A stretch of 64,000 nucleotides of DNA from Hyphochytrium catenoides (lineage: Eukaryota; Protista; Hyphochytriomycota), in the NCBI GenBank assembly GCA_900088475.1, contig FLMG01004137.1, positions 114,337-178,336 of the forward strand, read 5' to 3'. The notes under the pieces are model-generated. The model saw nothing but the letters and a program-made list of their open reading frames with translations. It had not been told where the DNA came from and made no database searches. A program made the translations under genes and the position numbers. Each line of letters opens with the position of its first letter. Position 1 is the stretch's first letter. This document shows positions 12,909 to 25,700 of this stretch, in pieces.

Positions 12909-14163
12909 TTAGGGAAAGATGTAAACGTCCGTCCTGAAGCCCTTACCATCGAAGCTGTGGGATGGCTTTCTGCTCTTCGGCCCGCTGTATGGGCGGGTCC
13001 GGCTTGATCGCTTGACAACGACCCGTTTCGGCATCGCAAGGTGTTGGCTCTCAGCAAAAGTCATTGCGGCTTCAATGAGGTCTTCAGAGTCAAGGTCACC
13101 GCCGGCTGCCACTCTGGCAAACTGGAGATGCTTCTTCTGGGCAGACTTACTTTTGCCCGTGTGTGGAAACATTGGGTCTACGTACACGCTTAGCGAGCGG
13201 CATTCCTGAACCCCTATTATAGAAACAGAGTACGGCGCTTAGAGAGAGGCAGACAGCGAGTTCGCAGAAGATGAGGCCGAGAAAAAAAGACGGGATCTAC
13301 CATGCCTAGGAATTGGGCGAAGTGGTCACAAAGATGTAGACGGCTGCATGGAAGGGTTGAGTGGTAAGAGAGCAGACAACCAAGGCTTTACGACACTTAC
13401 AGTCTTGGTAATCAGGGACGCCGAGTGGGTCCGTCTGCAGCTTAACTAACAAGTCCTTTGCATCCATGTAGCGCAAGCGCAATCTCTGTGCAGTCGCTGA
13501 CTGTTGGAGCTTTTGTATGGCATTGGAGGCCAGTGCGAACATTACCGGACTTCTCTCACAGCTGATCACGCGGTAGCCTGCAGAAGCAAGCAAAAACGCA
13601 TCTTCGCAGTATCCACCACATAAGTCCAGCACGAGGCGCCTCTCTCTGAGCTTCCCCGGGCCAATACCTTTGAAGAGTGGACTTCGTAGGGATCTGCCTG
13701 GCCCGCTATGTACATCGACTGTGTCAAATGAGTAAGACAGGGGTCGCTTGAGATAGCTGTGCAACGCAGCCATTCTCTTGGATGCCCTGACAGCCACATT
13801 CTCAGCTGAAAACTCGATACATAGATCATAATTCTCAACTTCTCTTGAAGATACATGGAAGAGAGGCAAGCCTGTTTGCAGACTGAGCTCTCTCGCCCTC
13901 TGATTGGCAATGCCCGCATCACCCTCACTGCTAGACGCTGAGTATGATACAGCTATACTGCAGGGCACGTCACTAGTAGCATTGCCACGACCGTGATGCT
14001 GTCCATCTGCCAGGTCTTTGGCCGAAAGGACCGATAGTTCTCTCCATTGCTTCTTGAGAGGGAGGCCACCCAAGGAATATGTATGCCAGGGGCTACATGC
14101 GGATCCTACAGCTCTATGATAGCAAGTCTTGATGAGGCTTATCATTCTCTCTCTTGCTTTCAT
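12909..14163 (-). CDS. rsmJ: RsmJ/YhiQ-like SSU rRNA guanine-N2 methyltransferase with N-terminal extension (one intron found)
   Basis: VLDLCGGYCEDAFLLASAGYRVISCERSPVMFAL, VYVDPMFPH, KRVVVKR and GFRTDVY follow the RsmJ motif series. Start codon uncertain. Confidence 0.8.
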
Positions 14164-15137
14164 CGGCGGGCTAATAACTGTTCACATCTTTTTGGCAGCG
14201 GAAAGTCATTCTTCCCATACATTGTCCTTCCTGGTCCCCTGATGAAGCAGAAGCGCTGTTTGCACCTTGCAGTCCGGCTCTCGGGCTCTCTTTCCCTGAG
14301 CAGATAAGAACTAGGAGATGCCCAACAGCATGCAGTCGGCTGCCCTTGAATAAGCTCTTGAGCAATAGAAAGAAGGTTGACGATGGATCTTTAGGGTTCG
14401 GAAAGAAAGGATGTCAGAATTTGGAGATCTACGCCCTCTGTCTCTGTATTACTAACATTTCATCGGGTTATTTGATACTCCGGAGTACCTCTTCCCACTC
14501 TGTCTCTTCGTTGGTCGTGTGTTCTGTGCCATACAGCCCATAGCCCATAGAATTGTCCCCACGACCAAAAAGGGATGTGCATCCCAGCCGTTAGCGGCTA
14601 TCTTGAAGGCAAGAAGAATGTGGGAGGTGACGATCTGCTTTCCTTTGGTGGGCGTTACAGGTGGTAGCCGCTAACCGCTAGATGTCCCCTTGTGAGACGC
14701 TTGTGGTGACAGAGGAAACCTTGTTTGATGGAGAGCGCGCTAGACCTGGATCTTATTCATGGTGCTAGGCGTATACAGAGCGAGACAGAAGAGAGAGAGA
14801 GATAAGACAAGTCGTGGGTTGCAGGGATTGTGTGTTCGAGACAGAGTCCGGAGGGAGGTAGAGATGATGAAGGGCAAAGCTGGAGGTAAAGAGGAGAAGC
14901 TCTTGGTCATAAGGTACAAGAGGGAGGTGGTCGACAGAAGTGGGGAGAGACAGTGAGGAGAGGCCAAGAAGAGGAGAGGATAGTCGCAACTGGTTAGGGA
15001 AATGGGTGCGGGAAATGTTGAACGGATAGTTACTGCTTAGAGAGCCTGCTAGAGAAAGAGGGAAGAGAGAGAACGGCAAGGATGGGCAAACTCCCTGGAC
15101 ATAACGAAGGCAATCAGCACCCATTCCGTGGATATTT

Positions 15138-15195
15138 CTCTCCCTCTCCTCTCCTCTCCTCTCCTCTCCTCTTCTCTCTCTCTCTCTCTCTCTCT
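15138..15195 (+). repeat. Compound microsatellite (CTCCT)n followed by (CT)n
   Basis: Directly visible ctcctctcct... then ctctctct run upstream of the PX-RING gene. Confidence 0.9.
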
Positions 15196-15755
15196 GTTTC
15201 TCCGTTTACAAGCAATACAACCCACAAATATCCCAGCCACCAATGCCCAACCAAATCCTCTCTCTCTACAATCCGAGTACTGCCCTCTTCCTCCTCCTCC
15301 TTCCAGCCTTTATCAACACAGCTTCCAGAGGCCGAAGAGAGCCGTTCGTTTATTCTGCAGCCAAATCCCTTTCTTGTCAGCTACACAATCAAATCTCTCA
15401 CCACGCCCTAGCGGCTGTTACCCTCATCCTCGCCTCTTTCCTTCATCCTCCTCTCTGTCTCTTTTGTCTCCCCTGTTTCACTCTTACTCTTCCTTCATCG
15501 CCACCATCATAGATAACTCCCGTCTCCTGGAGCTCAACGCCTAGTGAATTGGTAGGTGTACCTTCTACGACCTTATGGGAGGGCTTGCTGACTAGCGTAT
15601 CTCGACTTTGCTCGCTCAACGCCGTACTCATTTTCCATTATCTACAAGCGCAGAAGAACGCTTTCCGGCTGCAGCCAAAGCTTGACCTTGCCAGAGCTTA
15701 ATCCACACCAGCTCCGCCAGAAGCTAGCCCAACGCTAACTCAATTTACAGCAGCT

Positions 15756-16679
15756 ATGGTCTACAGCTTAGGAACTTTTGGAGATTACTCGGTCTCCGTA
15801 AAGGGCCACGCCACAGAGGTTTTCGGTATCTATGACGTGCGGATAAGAACTGGGACTGGGTTGGAGTGGTCGGTGTCTCATAGATTTGCGGACTTCGCAT
15901 GGCTTCGGAAGCGTCTCTTAGAAAGACTAAAGCTTCACGGGTTCAGGCATCACGGTTGTCCTTGCGATTTGGAGGCTATAACGAAAGAACTGAGATCTTT
16001 CCTCATCTTTCCCTGGAGGCGACCCTTTGGCTCTAAGAGCGCTAGAGTGATCAACAAGAGAGCTCCAAAGCTCGAGGAATATCTGCGGAACCTCTTCAAG
16101 TTCATCTCCACACACGAGAGCATCTGCCGCTGTTACGATGTGGAGTTAGCAATAACGACGTACATTAAGTCGTTTATCGACCCGCTCCACGAATTTGTCA
16201 GCAAGGACAATCAGCTACGAGCGGCAGAGAAGCTCCTGCGACTCTCTTCAATGGACTATAATACGAACCTCGAGACCATGAGTCCAGATGATGCTAGCAT
16301 CCACTGCGCAATATGTTTGGAGCTCTATAGCACAGACAATAGCTCGAACTTTAGCGATAGAAGCAGTCTCCCGGACAACGACTTTGAGTCACCGGGTAAG
16401 AGCTTGTCAGGAGAGAGTCCCGAGGGTGAAGGAGTGGACATCCCAGAGTCCGAGCTAATCAAGGAGCAGGCTCTGGCAGATTGCCAAGAGGCGCGCCAGG
16501 AGGCGAGACCTAAGACAGAAAGGATGGAGGTATTTAGAGTCTGTGGGGAGCAGACGGGTGACTGTGCAGTTGAGACTCTTGTTCTCCTTCCTTGCGGTCA
16601 CCTCTTCCACGAGTCCTGCGTGCTCGGGTGGTTTGAAAACCATTGTACTTGTCCCTTGTGCCGTCAACACGTTTACTGA
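15756..16679 (+). CDS. PX domain + RING-H2 zinc finger protein (putative E3 ligase), intronless
   Basis: PX: WSVSHRFADFAWLRKRL...FPWRRPFGS...KRAPKLEEYL. RING-H2 split by a long insert: CAICLE...LPCGHLFHESCVLGWFENHCTCPLCR. Confidence 0.85.
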   Translation: MVYSLGTFGDYSVSVKGHATEVFGIYDVRIRTGTGLEWSVSHRFADFAWLRKRLLERLKLHGFRHHGCPCDLEAITKELRSFLIFPWRRPFGSKSARVINKRAPKLEEYLRNLFKFISTHESICRCYDVELAITTYIKSFIDPLHEFVSKDNQLRAAEKLLRLSSMDYNTNLETMSPDDASIHCAICLELYSTDNSSNFSDRSSLPDNDFESPGKSLSGESPEGEGVDIPESELIKEQALADCQEARQEARPKTERMEVFRVCGEQTGDCAVETLVLLPCGHLFHESCVLGWFENHCTCPLCRQHVY

Positions 16680-17785
16680 CTTTCCCTCGATAAGAGGCCC
16701 TGCATACTTCCAAGGCACGATAGAGGGAGTCAGAAAGTAACTTATTTATGTGACATTAGTTGTGTGTAGGAGAGAGAGACAGACAGAGAGAGCTAGCTCT
16801 AGGTGCTTCAGGTCAGCTGGAGCTGAGGAGGCATGGAAACCCGTTATTATCAGCAATTCCATAAACTAGTGGCCATTGCTAACAACCAGTGGTGTTGGTC
16901 CCTCCCGCGTAACTAATTGGCTGGCACATGCTATCTCCTGGCTTTAAACTTGACGCTATCATCAACCAATGCTACTCTCTTCTTCACTCCTTGCGCGTCT
17001 CTCTGGTAGTAGGCTAACCGTGCCTGCGCGTTTCTTATGGTACAGTCTATGTGGGAATCAACCCCTCGCGCACTACATGGACGCATAGGTCAAATTGAGG
17101 GAGGACCCTGTGTAGATGCATCGTGGCTGAATGCTGGGCCAGCACCGTTGACAGATGAGCGGAGGAGATGTGAGTACAAGGAGGATCAACAGCAAGATGC
17201 GGACCATGACGTTTCGACTATTGAGAATATCCCCATCCTTTATAGTAGAGGATCATGATTATGGTTTACTTTATTTGGAACCTTGGCGATGGCAATCAGC
17301 ACCTGAACTTTCGAAGATCTTGTAGGTGCATCAGCACTGTCAGCACTACTGTATTGAGTAGTGAGCAAGGTGCTGCTCTCCTCATCCTTGCGGAGGTATC
17401 GGCATGGGTCATCTACTGCAGGCAGTTAGAGGACTGCGGGTAATGCTCTGCGGTTAGAGGCGCAGAGTGTGATGCTTTGAGGTAGACTGGGGCCTTACTT
17501 GCCAAGCTACTATCGTTTCCTCTATAGCGCAATCGTAGGACATGGCTGTTTAGCAAGGAGGTGGGTGGTGTCGAGCTGTGGCAGACTTAACAAGCCGTCG
17601 AGAGACGGAGAGAGGCATTGTAGAAGGCCTGGAGCCTTTATTAATACCCACTGGTCTTCGGTCTAGTACTCCTCGCCACAGCCGGCTCAAGCTGATGATC
17701 TCTAAAAAGAGTTTTTTTTAGTGGAGCGCCGCACTTGCCCGAACAGGATATGCTTCTGGAGACCCCTGTACAAGCATAAGTCGAT

Positions 17786-19813
17786 ATGGCGGACAGAGGC
17801 CAAAACTGTTCTACTAATAACAGCCCAGAAGAGCTGGGAAGCGCGCACTTACCGCGGCCTACCTCCCAAATAGCACAGGTAAGACTCTGCTACTCCTCCG
17901 TAGACCGCTTCTTGGTCACCTCTTACGTTTCTCACTACGTGCCCCTCTAATGCAGTTGAATGCTAGCATTGAAGGGAAGACGATTCCTTCCCTGGCTGTG
18001 AGCTCGACAATGCTCATGTTGCCCGAAATTGACCAGAAAATTGCTCATGAAGTCGATAAGGTACTCTATCTTACCTTCTGCTTCGTACTTCTGCTAACTA
18101 AGCCAGTCAGCTATAAGTGCCAGCTTATACATCGCCAGCTCTGCTGGCCCGGAGCCTCTTTGCTACATGCACTGAACTATTGTCCCCCTTATAGGTCAGA
18201 GCCCAACTAAAGCATTCCTTCGATCAATCATTGTTGAAGCTCACAGAAAGAGTTCATGAGGAGAGACAGTTAAGGTTACGAGCAGAGGAGAGATTGGCAA
18301 GGATCGAGCTGGAGATAGGTGGGGACGCGAAAGAGACCAGCCCTCTACATTGGAAGCCCTTTGATTGAATACTTTCTGTTGGGTCATGTCAACTTGTTTA
18401 CACAGTCCTCCGTTAGTCTCATCTCCACGCACTGCTTATACTTTACAACTCGATTCTAGCTACACAGCAGCAGACCAAAGGTGAAGTCCTTCGACAGCGG
18501 CTGCAGGATCAGAAGGTTGGCACAGCTTGATGCATCGTGGCCGTAGCAAATTTAAACTCCGTCTGACGTGTAGCGGCTGTCGGAGTCTGTGGAGACCATG
18601 CAAGAAAAGCTAGGTGTGTTCCTGAACTCCTCTGCGTTGGACAAACGCATCACAAGCCTAAATTGCGCGCAATAGAAGTCTTGCAGGATAAAATAATAGG
18701 CCTTCAGACCACTACCAGCACGATAGAAGTAAGTAGTGGTTCATTGCGATAGGACATGAACATGTCACTTACCCTTTGCCTGAGCAGAGTTTGGGCAGAC
18801 TACGCGAGAAAGATCGCATAGACTTCTCTCGGGAAAGCACCAGGGTTCAGAATATCTGTGAGGGTATTTTGCAGGAGATGAGCCGTCAGGGAGAGACGGT
18901 CCTAGCACTTCAAGCTTCTTTGCAGGTATACGAGCGCCATTGCCTAACAAAGCTGAGTGCTATGGAGCTGACCCATGGCATAGGAAGTGGCAGCCAGAGT
19001 AGACCTTGTAGGAACAAAAATCACCCACACGGCAATTAGCACCATTGAATCCGTAGCAGAAGAGGTATACGACACGGCAGAGATAAGTCAGGCATGAATT
19101 TAAAGATGAGAATCTCTCCACCTTGTAACCTGCAGCAGCTCCGACCGACAATTAGACATGTAGCTCTAGCTCAGGTAACAAGATCTACATTCCACCTTAA
19201 TCTCTTTTCAGGTCCGACTAAACCATCACTGCGGCGGAAAGACATATCAGCGGCGTCTTGCACTAAAATTCTATCATCCTTAATAGCTATCTCACGTTCC
19301 TCTACTCCTTTAGGAAGTACAGGGACGAGAAATCAAGAGCTGGAACACTAGAGTCACTCCATTGTTAGCTGTTTCTCAGGTACTAGCAAACCTCCTCTTC
19401 ATTGGCGCTTGCCCGCAAAGTGGTTGAGCCGGCCCGTACCTTTACTTGTCTGTCTCAGGACGTTAAGAAGGATTGTGAGGTCCTTAAGGCTCAGCTTGAG
19501 AGCGTCCAAGCTCAGACGACTCGACAGCGACGGGCTTTGCGAATAGTTCAAGTGGAGTTGGACAATCTAGCTTCCCTTTCGAGCACCTCCGAATCGGAAC
19601 TTCTAGGCCTTCGGACAGAAATCACCCACGTTCGGGCCACTGCTGATAGGTAACCGTGTTGGAGAGGATCTGCGTTCACAAATTTGCTAAAAGGTGCTTT
19701 TGGATCGTAGCAATAGGGAGGATCTGCGGGTCTTATCGCTAGACATACAAGCGATGAAACGTTCACTCAAGGCACAGGCATCCTTCCTCAAAGACAGCAA
19801 CTTCTGCTGTTAG
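17786..19813 (+). CDS. Hypothetical coiled-coil protein, many short exons
   Basis: Short exons with GT-AG boundaries join into heptad-rich sequence (RVHEERQLRLRAEERLARIELEI, LKAQLESVQAQ). Both ends are inferred. Confidence 0.55.
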
Positions 19814-19940
19814 CATCCTTGTGCAGTACCACTGTGATGTTGAACAGATATATATATACCATTATGTCCTTAGTACGTAGAGTGTTTTATATACTATAAG
19901 GGCCATGTACGTAGGATGTGCCTCCCTAGGCTGGTCATAT

Positions 19941-21399
19941 CTAGGGTTCCTTTGCCATGACGTCCAGCTCCTTCTGAAGCTCGTCTTTCTTTTTCAGATA
20001 ATCGTAATGAGCGTTCACTTTAAGACCTAGCAATGGCGTCGCATCATCTACTAGCAGCTCTACAGGAACGTCATTTCTAATGGCGTCCTCAATCTGGCGA
20101 AGCATCTCCAGAGGTGCTGTTCTATTCTCATCCCACCTTGCTCTCAGCTTTTGTACAGTGGCATAGCTTCGAGGCCAATTGATGTTCATCACAATGGCGT
20201 TGAGATAGCCGTAGGTCGTCTGATCCTTAGGATTGAAGGGCGTAACTTTGTGCAACGCGAGCTCCTTTTGCATATCCATAATGCGTTTCTTGATTCCCTT
20301 CATTGCACGCCGCTTCTCGTCAAGATTCTCTAAGTTGTCTGCTTCTTGCGCCTCCTGTTTTAGCTCCATGAGTTGGTTGTACAAGTCAGATTTGCGGTCG
20401 ATGTTGACCTTCACGTAGAACTTGTTGTACAAGTCGGCTTTAGCGAAGAACTTATCGATCTGAGCACGGATCTGCAGAATCTAACGTTAGTCCATGGTGC
20501 ACCGAACCGAATCAATCACTAGGGAACTAGGGACGGATCCGGCCATAGTCGAAACCTACCAGCTTCTAACTACTTCGCGAGGTTCTTACCTTCTGCAGCT
20601 CTGCCTTTCTGTCCAGATAAGCCTTCTTCTCCTCCTCATTTTCAAATTCTGGCTCTACGCCGTCAATGTAGCCGTCACCATCATAGTCCTCGCTCTCCTT
20701 GTATTCATTGTGCAGATAGTCATCTCTCTTGCTTTTCTCACTCTCTACTAAAGAAGCAAAATCGTGCTGGAGAAGCTGGAGGCGGTTCTTCGCATGACGG
20801 GCCTCGTTTTCCAGTTTCTTGGTGACCTCCGCTGCCAATCTATGGGATACTGCAGTGAATGTATCCATCTCTTGTACGAAAAGCTCAAGCAATTCCTTCT
20901 CCTGAGTGCCGGAGAGCCCGACCTCCCCAGCAACTTTGTTCAGCCCCAGCATGAACTCATTTTTGTTTTGTTGTTCCACCTCGTCCATCTGCTCGAGGTA
21001 CCACTCAGCCAAAATCCCTTGTCTGCCCTCCAACTGAAGCTGGTTCTCCAGTTGAAGCTCAAGATTTGCCAGTTTTGTTGCCATTCCAAACTCTGACTGG
21101 CGCTTGTGCCGGACTTCAGTCTCTAACTGATGCGTGGTCTTCCATAGATCCTGTGGCATCGGGACTAAGTGTGTATGCCTCAACAGCTATCGGGCTGCCT
21201 CTTCGCTTATACAGAATCTACTTACATGGTTTGTGCCGAAATAAAGGCCAGCAAGCCCCACAATAAGGATGAACGAGGCTGCGGCAACCTTCCAAAAGTT
21301 GTCGCGGCGCAGGATGTAAGCAGGGGTCTTATCATTAGGGCCCAGCTTCGCAGGCATGAGGCCGATGGCACCCTCCAGCTGGGTATAGCCGTATTCCAT
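19941..21399 (-). CDS. Hypothetical type II membrane protein with long coiled-coil ectodomain
   Basis: N-terminal TM helix VAAASFILIVGLAGLYFG, then coiled-coil/acidic exons (ORFs 20566-21183 and 19941-20432). Confidence 0.65.
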
Positions 21400-22744
21400 G
21401 GTTGTAGCGATGTAAGAAGTCCGAACGGGTTGGGAGCAGCTTACTAGGCAAAGGAGCTACGCGTGCAGGCCAAATAAGCCCAGGATCGCCAGTTGCTTCA
21501 GTCAAGCTGACGCACTGTGCTAAAACTCCTTCGAAGGAAAAATATAGAATTGCAGGAGAGCATGCACTACGGCCGGTTGCACCCTGCCTCAAAACTCTTG
21601 GTGCTTTATTGAATTCCCCTTAGCCCTTTACTCTGTCGTCTCCCTGCCCTGGGGTATGTTGCGTTGTCCCAAACCTCACTTCAGACCTCCAGATCCAGGC
21701 TTCTTGGCCTTGAGTCTTTTAGCTGACTAGGGCCAATCATGAGATCATACCGCCATCAGCTGTGGGCGCCGTCGTAGGGCACAGAAGGGAAGGGTGAGGC
21801 GACATCACATTTCTTTCTTTCGATCCTTCTCCCAGCGGCTTCCCCTCCACCTTCGGAGGTGGACCCAGAACTCTTCCGTCCTGCCCCTTCACGAAAGGTA
21901 ACATCCTTTGCTTTCCCCCTCAACTACTACTACTGACACACCATCACAACCTTATGTAGCCTGAGATAGATTGGTATGTACAGCTAACTCACGCTATGAT
22001 TCTGCCATATTACTACTGCCACCACGAAAGAAATCTCATTCGACTCTTTAGTAATAAGGACCACCATAGCATAATTTATTGTATGCTGTTGGGGGACGTG
22101 GTAATAACTATTCTACCTTCAACATCCATATATATCATATCAAAACTGAGATCTAAACCTCTCACCTTGATATTAGTAACCAGACCATACCAAGATTGGT
22201 AATCACTTTCCTTGATATGGCAGTCTCTGTTTACATGGTTTATTAGAATACAGCGCATCATATACAGCACATGTACGGCGAACAACAGGTGGGGCTTGAG
22301 CTCAATCCCAGTCTGGTCTTTTATAGAGGAAGGAGTTTCAAAGCAGGTCACAGATGAGAAGGAAGAAATGAAGCTTGAGCCGTCTGATGAATGATGAAGA
22401 GATGTCCTAGTGCAATGCTGCACTTGTTGGCTGTGAGTGGCCTGTTGGCCCTCATCATGCCATAGAGTTCCCCAAGAGGATTGGACTGGCACAATGATAG
22501 ACCTTGTAAGTTCCATGACATTCATGCTCCATGAGCGCCGGGCACTCCACTAAGTCGGTTAGCGTCTGGCTTGGGGGTGAGAGTCGTCAACAACCATCTG
22601 ACGAATGGAATCGAGGAAGAGGAGCATGCGAAGAAATGGTGACCCCAATAGGGCCATGTTTGTGGCAGGAGCGGGACCATAGCTCCATCTCTTGGAGAAC
22701 GAGGTCCTGCGGTAGAAAGTTCTGACACGGCACGTCACGGAGAG

Positions 22745-25700
22745 ATGACGCTGTGGTACCGTTTAGCCTCGCATCTGCCTTCGGAGGCACAAATCCGCGT
22801 TAGAGATTCGCCCACCCTTGAGGGAGACCCTGTGGGGTCAATATCCCACGCTTCCGTGTTCAGCTTGTTGAGATTGCTGAACAATGACAGCTGGGCAATG
22901 GTAGGAGTGGGAAAGACAAAGTAGACTTCTGCCCATGAGTCTATTGTTGATGACAATGTCTTCCTCTGGTTCTTATAGGTCTGGTACGGAGGCGCAATAG
23001 CCTATCTTATGGCTCGAGATGGCAGTGGAATGGAGCTCATTGAGCCGCTTGAAAAACCAAGTGTGCTGCAAGGTTCTGCCTTCTATTTCTCCAAAGTTGG
23101 CCGCCTAATATGGCTCTGACGTGGTGTCATCTTCTTCATGCCTTAATCCACCTCAAGGTGATGAAAAAAGCAAGTGGTATCGGGTTTCTCCTTCTCTTCC
23201 ACCAGAAAGCAAACTCCGCGTCAGAGCCGGTCCGAGTATTGATGCTGCCGCCGTGGGAGTCATTGAGGCTGGAATTGCTATCAGAGGTAAGTCTGATAAG
23301 GAACCTAAGAGTTGATGTATCGGGCGTCAACATCGCTGACTCTGTTCAGGCATACGACAAAACAAGTGGTTGATGGTCGAAGGTACTTTCACCGTAAGTT
23401 TTTTACTTTTGTCCGACTTACGTCATAAAATAACAAGCTGCCTCTACATTCTCACTTCTGCGACTATTCTTTCCTGTTCGCGTGGCTCTGCTTCAGCCTA
23501 TTGATTCGCATGCCCCCTGCTGGGTATTGATGGAAACCGATGATGGGCTGCAACTTCTCACTGAGGCCGAGGACCCGTTTTCCATCAATCACAACAGCTA
23601 TTCACTTAGCAATAAGCCAAGAACTACTTTGGAGGTCGCGCAATATCTGCCCAAGGCGGCGCGTATATGCGTCAGAAGAGCCCCGAGTATTGATGCAGAG
23701 GTTGCTGGTAGCATTGGTGTCGGAGATATTATCACCATAACTCTGGATAGGGAAAATTGGATGCAGATTCTGAGAGTTCATCACGTTACAGGAGAGGACG
23801 GCACTGGGCTGGTGGGGATGTGGGTGATGAAGAACTCCAACGGGATGGACCTCTTCACCCCCATTTTTGCACCAGAGACCCTTCCGCCCAGTTACTTAGC
23901 AAGGTCAGAAGGTTTGTCGACCTCTTTATTAGAGTCGATAAAGGTTTCCCTCACGGTAGCAGAGGATCCTACAAATGGTTCCGTGACGAAGCATCTGCAC
24001 GACAGTACGAGGCCTTTGTCAGAAGGGCTTAGCACTGGTAGCCCTGTGAGATTTCATGATAGCATTGAAAACGCCCCAAAGACAGATGGAGCTCTACCCT
24101 CAGGTAAGCGGTCAGTTTTCAGAAACTTCTGTGTCAGCCTTCAATAATTCTCCTGATGACCAGGGGAGGCAGAGATGATATCTAGCGTGCACCATGGAAA
24201 ATCGGAGCAAGTGATACCAGAGAATGGTCAGGAGATTGACAACTCACAGTCTTCCGGCACACGAGAAGGGTGTCTAATTGGGTCAGAGCCTGACATTCAT
24301 CCACAGAGTCAGACTGAACTTACTCCGGGATGTCAAGAGGGGAAGGCGGCTGACATCGATGCAAAAGCTTTGCCAGAAGACTCCAGTTCTCATCATGCAG
24401 CCCTTTCTTTCCTCTCCACCACTATGGATGGAGAACTCCTAGAGGCGCTGCCGTCCCTTTCCCAGAGCGCGCTAGAAGTGGACAATGGAGTTTTGCGATC
24501 AAGGTCTTGGGATGACCAGCCACTGCCAACCTCAATTCGAAGGGTATCAGAGGGACAAACAGAGCTCAAGGTGACAGAAGGGTCGCCAGGGCCTTCGTTG
24601 CAATATAGCAGCTCAGAGATGCCATCTGAGGGTACACGGGCTCCCCTAGCCGGGACGGTTCCTTCTATCCTGTCCCAGCACACAGCGACAATAGTAGGGG
24701 TGACTTCAGCAGTGGACAAGGACTCTGAAGATTCAGTCTCCTTATCATCTACAGAGCAGCAGATCTCGGGTGGAAGTGGCACCTTACGTACCGATTTTGT
24801 ACCGGTAGAGGACGGATCTCTAGGGCCAAGTGCGGTCAATGGGGTAACAGAAGCTTCTCTGCAGCTTCCCGAATCGCAGGATGAAGAAGAGGAACCAATC
24901 TCGGGTGACACTGGCTTGGGGGAAGTGGGTGACATTCTCGGACACTCTGTGCAAATCCCTTCCTCAGCTCATGATGGAGCCGAACTCGGGTTGGGAGGGT
25001 GCTGTGACAAGGACTCTGGGGGACAAAGAAGTGAGTACGCGGTGGGGCCAGAAAAGGTGCCAGAGTCTTTGCCAGAAGAACAAGAAACGTTATGTTGCAA
25101 CACTGAGCTTAGCTACAATGCCTTGAACGATGATAAACACACATATGGACGGGCAAATGGTTCTCCACGAGTAAAAGAGGATCCGGTTCAGGTTGCACTG
25201 AACAGCCTTGGCGCCGGAGCTATCCTAGTGCAACCCCCCAGGGCCGAAGGACAAACTTCTCAGTCTCCACTTCCCGTGCCGGAGCAGACATTTCCTGCCT
25301 GCGCGGTTGGACAGTCTTATCTAATTGGGGAAGCTGGCAGCGGTGCAGTTGGGGAGGACATACGGATGCAACCAATTGCCCAAGTCGAAGAAGAGTCTAG
25401 CATTGCTGCGGAAGGCACTGAATGGCCAACTGGGGCTCCGGGAGATTCTTCTGTCGAGTCTCCAAAGATTAGTGAAGAAAAGCCGGTTGAACAAGAGGTT
25501 CAAGAAGAGCCAAACGTGACTGACTGTCAAGGATCTGTTGGAGAAAACCAAAGAGGTGAACACTTTGACGGCAAAGAAATAGTATTAGGCGAGAGTAGTA
25601 GCGATAGCTCGTCAGACAGTGGAGCTGAGCAAGAAGTTGACAGAACTGTCAAAATGGCACCCGAAACTTCGGAGCAGCAAGGATTCCAGGTTTCTTTCAA

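Noticed and set aside
14586-14680. Short inverted repeat agccgttagcggcta / tagccgctaaccgct
   Set aside because: Only about 15 bp, imperfect, with no target duplication. Insufficient for a mobile-element call.
24393-24935. Long antisense ORFs (also 3548-3961, 58835-59179 and others)
   Set aside because: Shadow ORFs opposite genuine or low-complexity coding exons.
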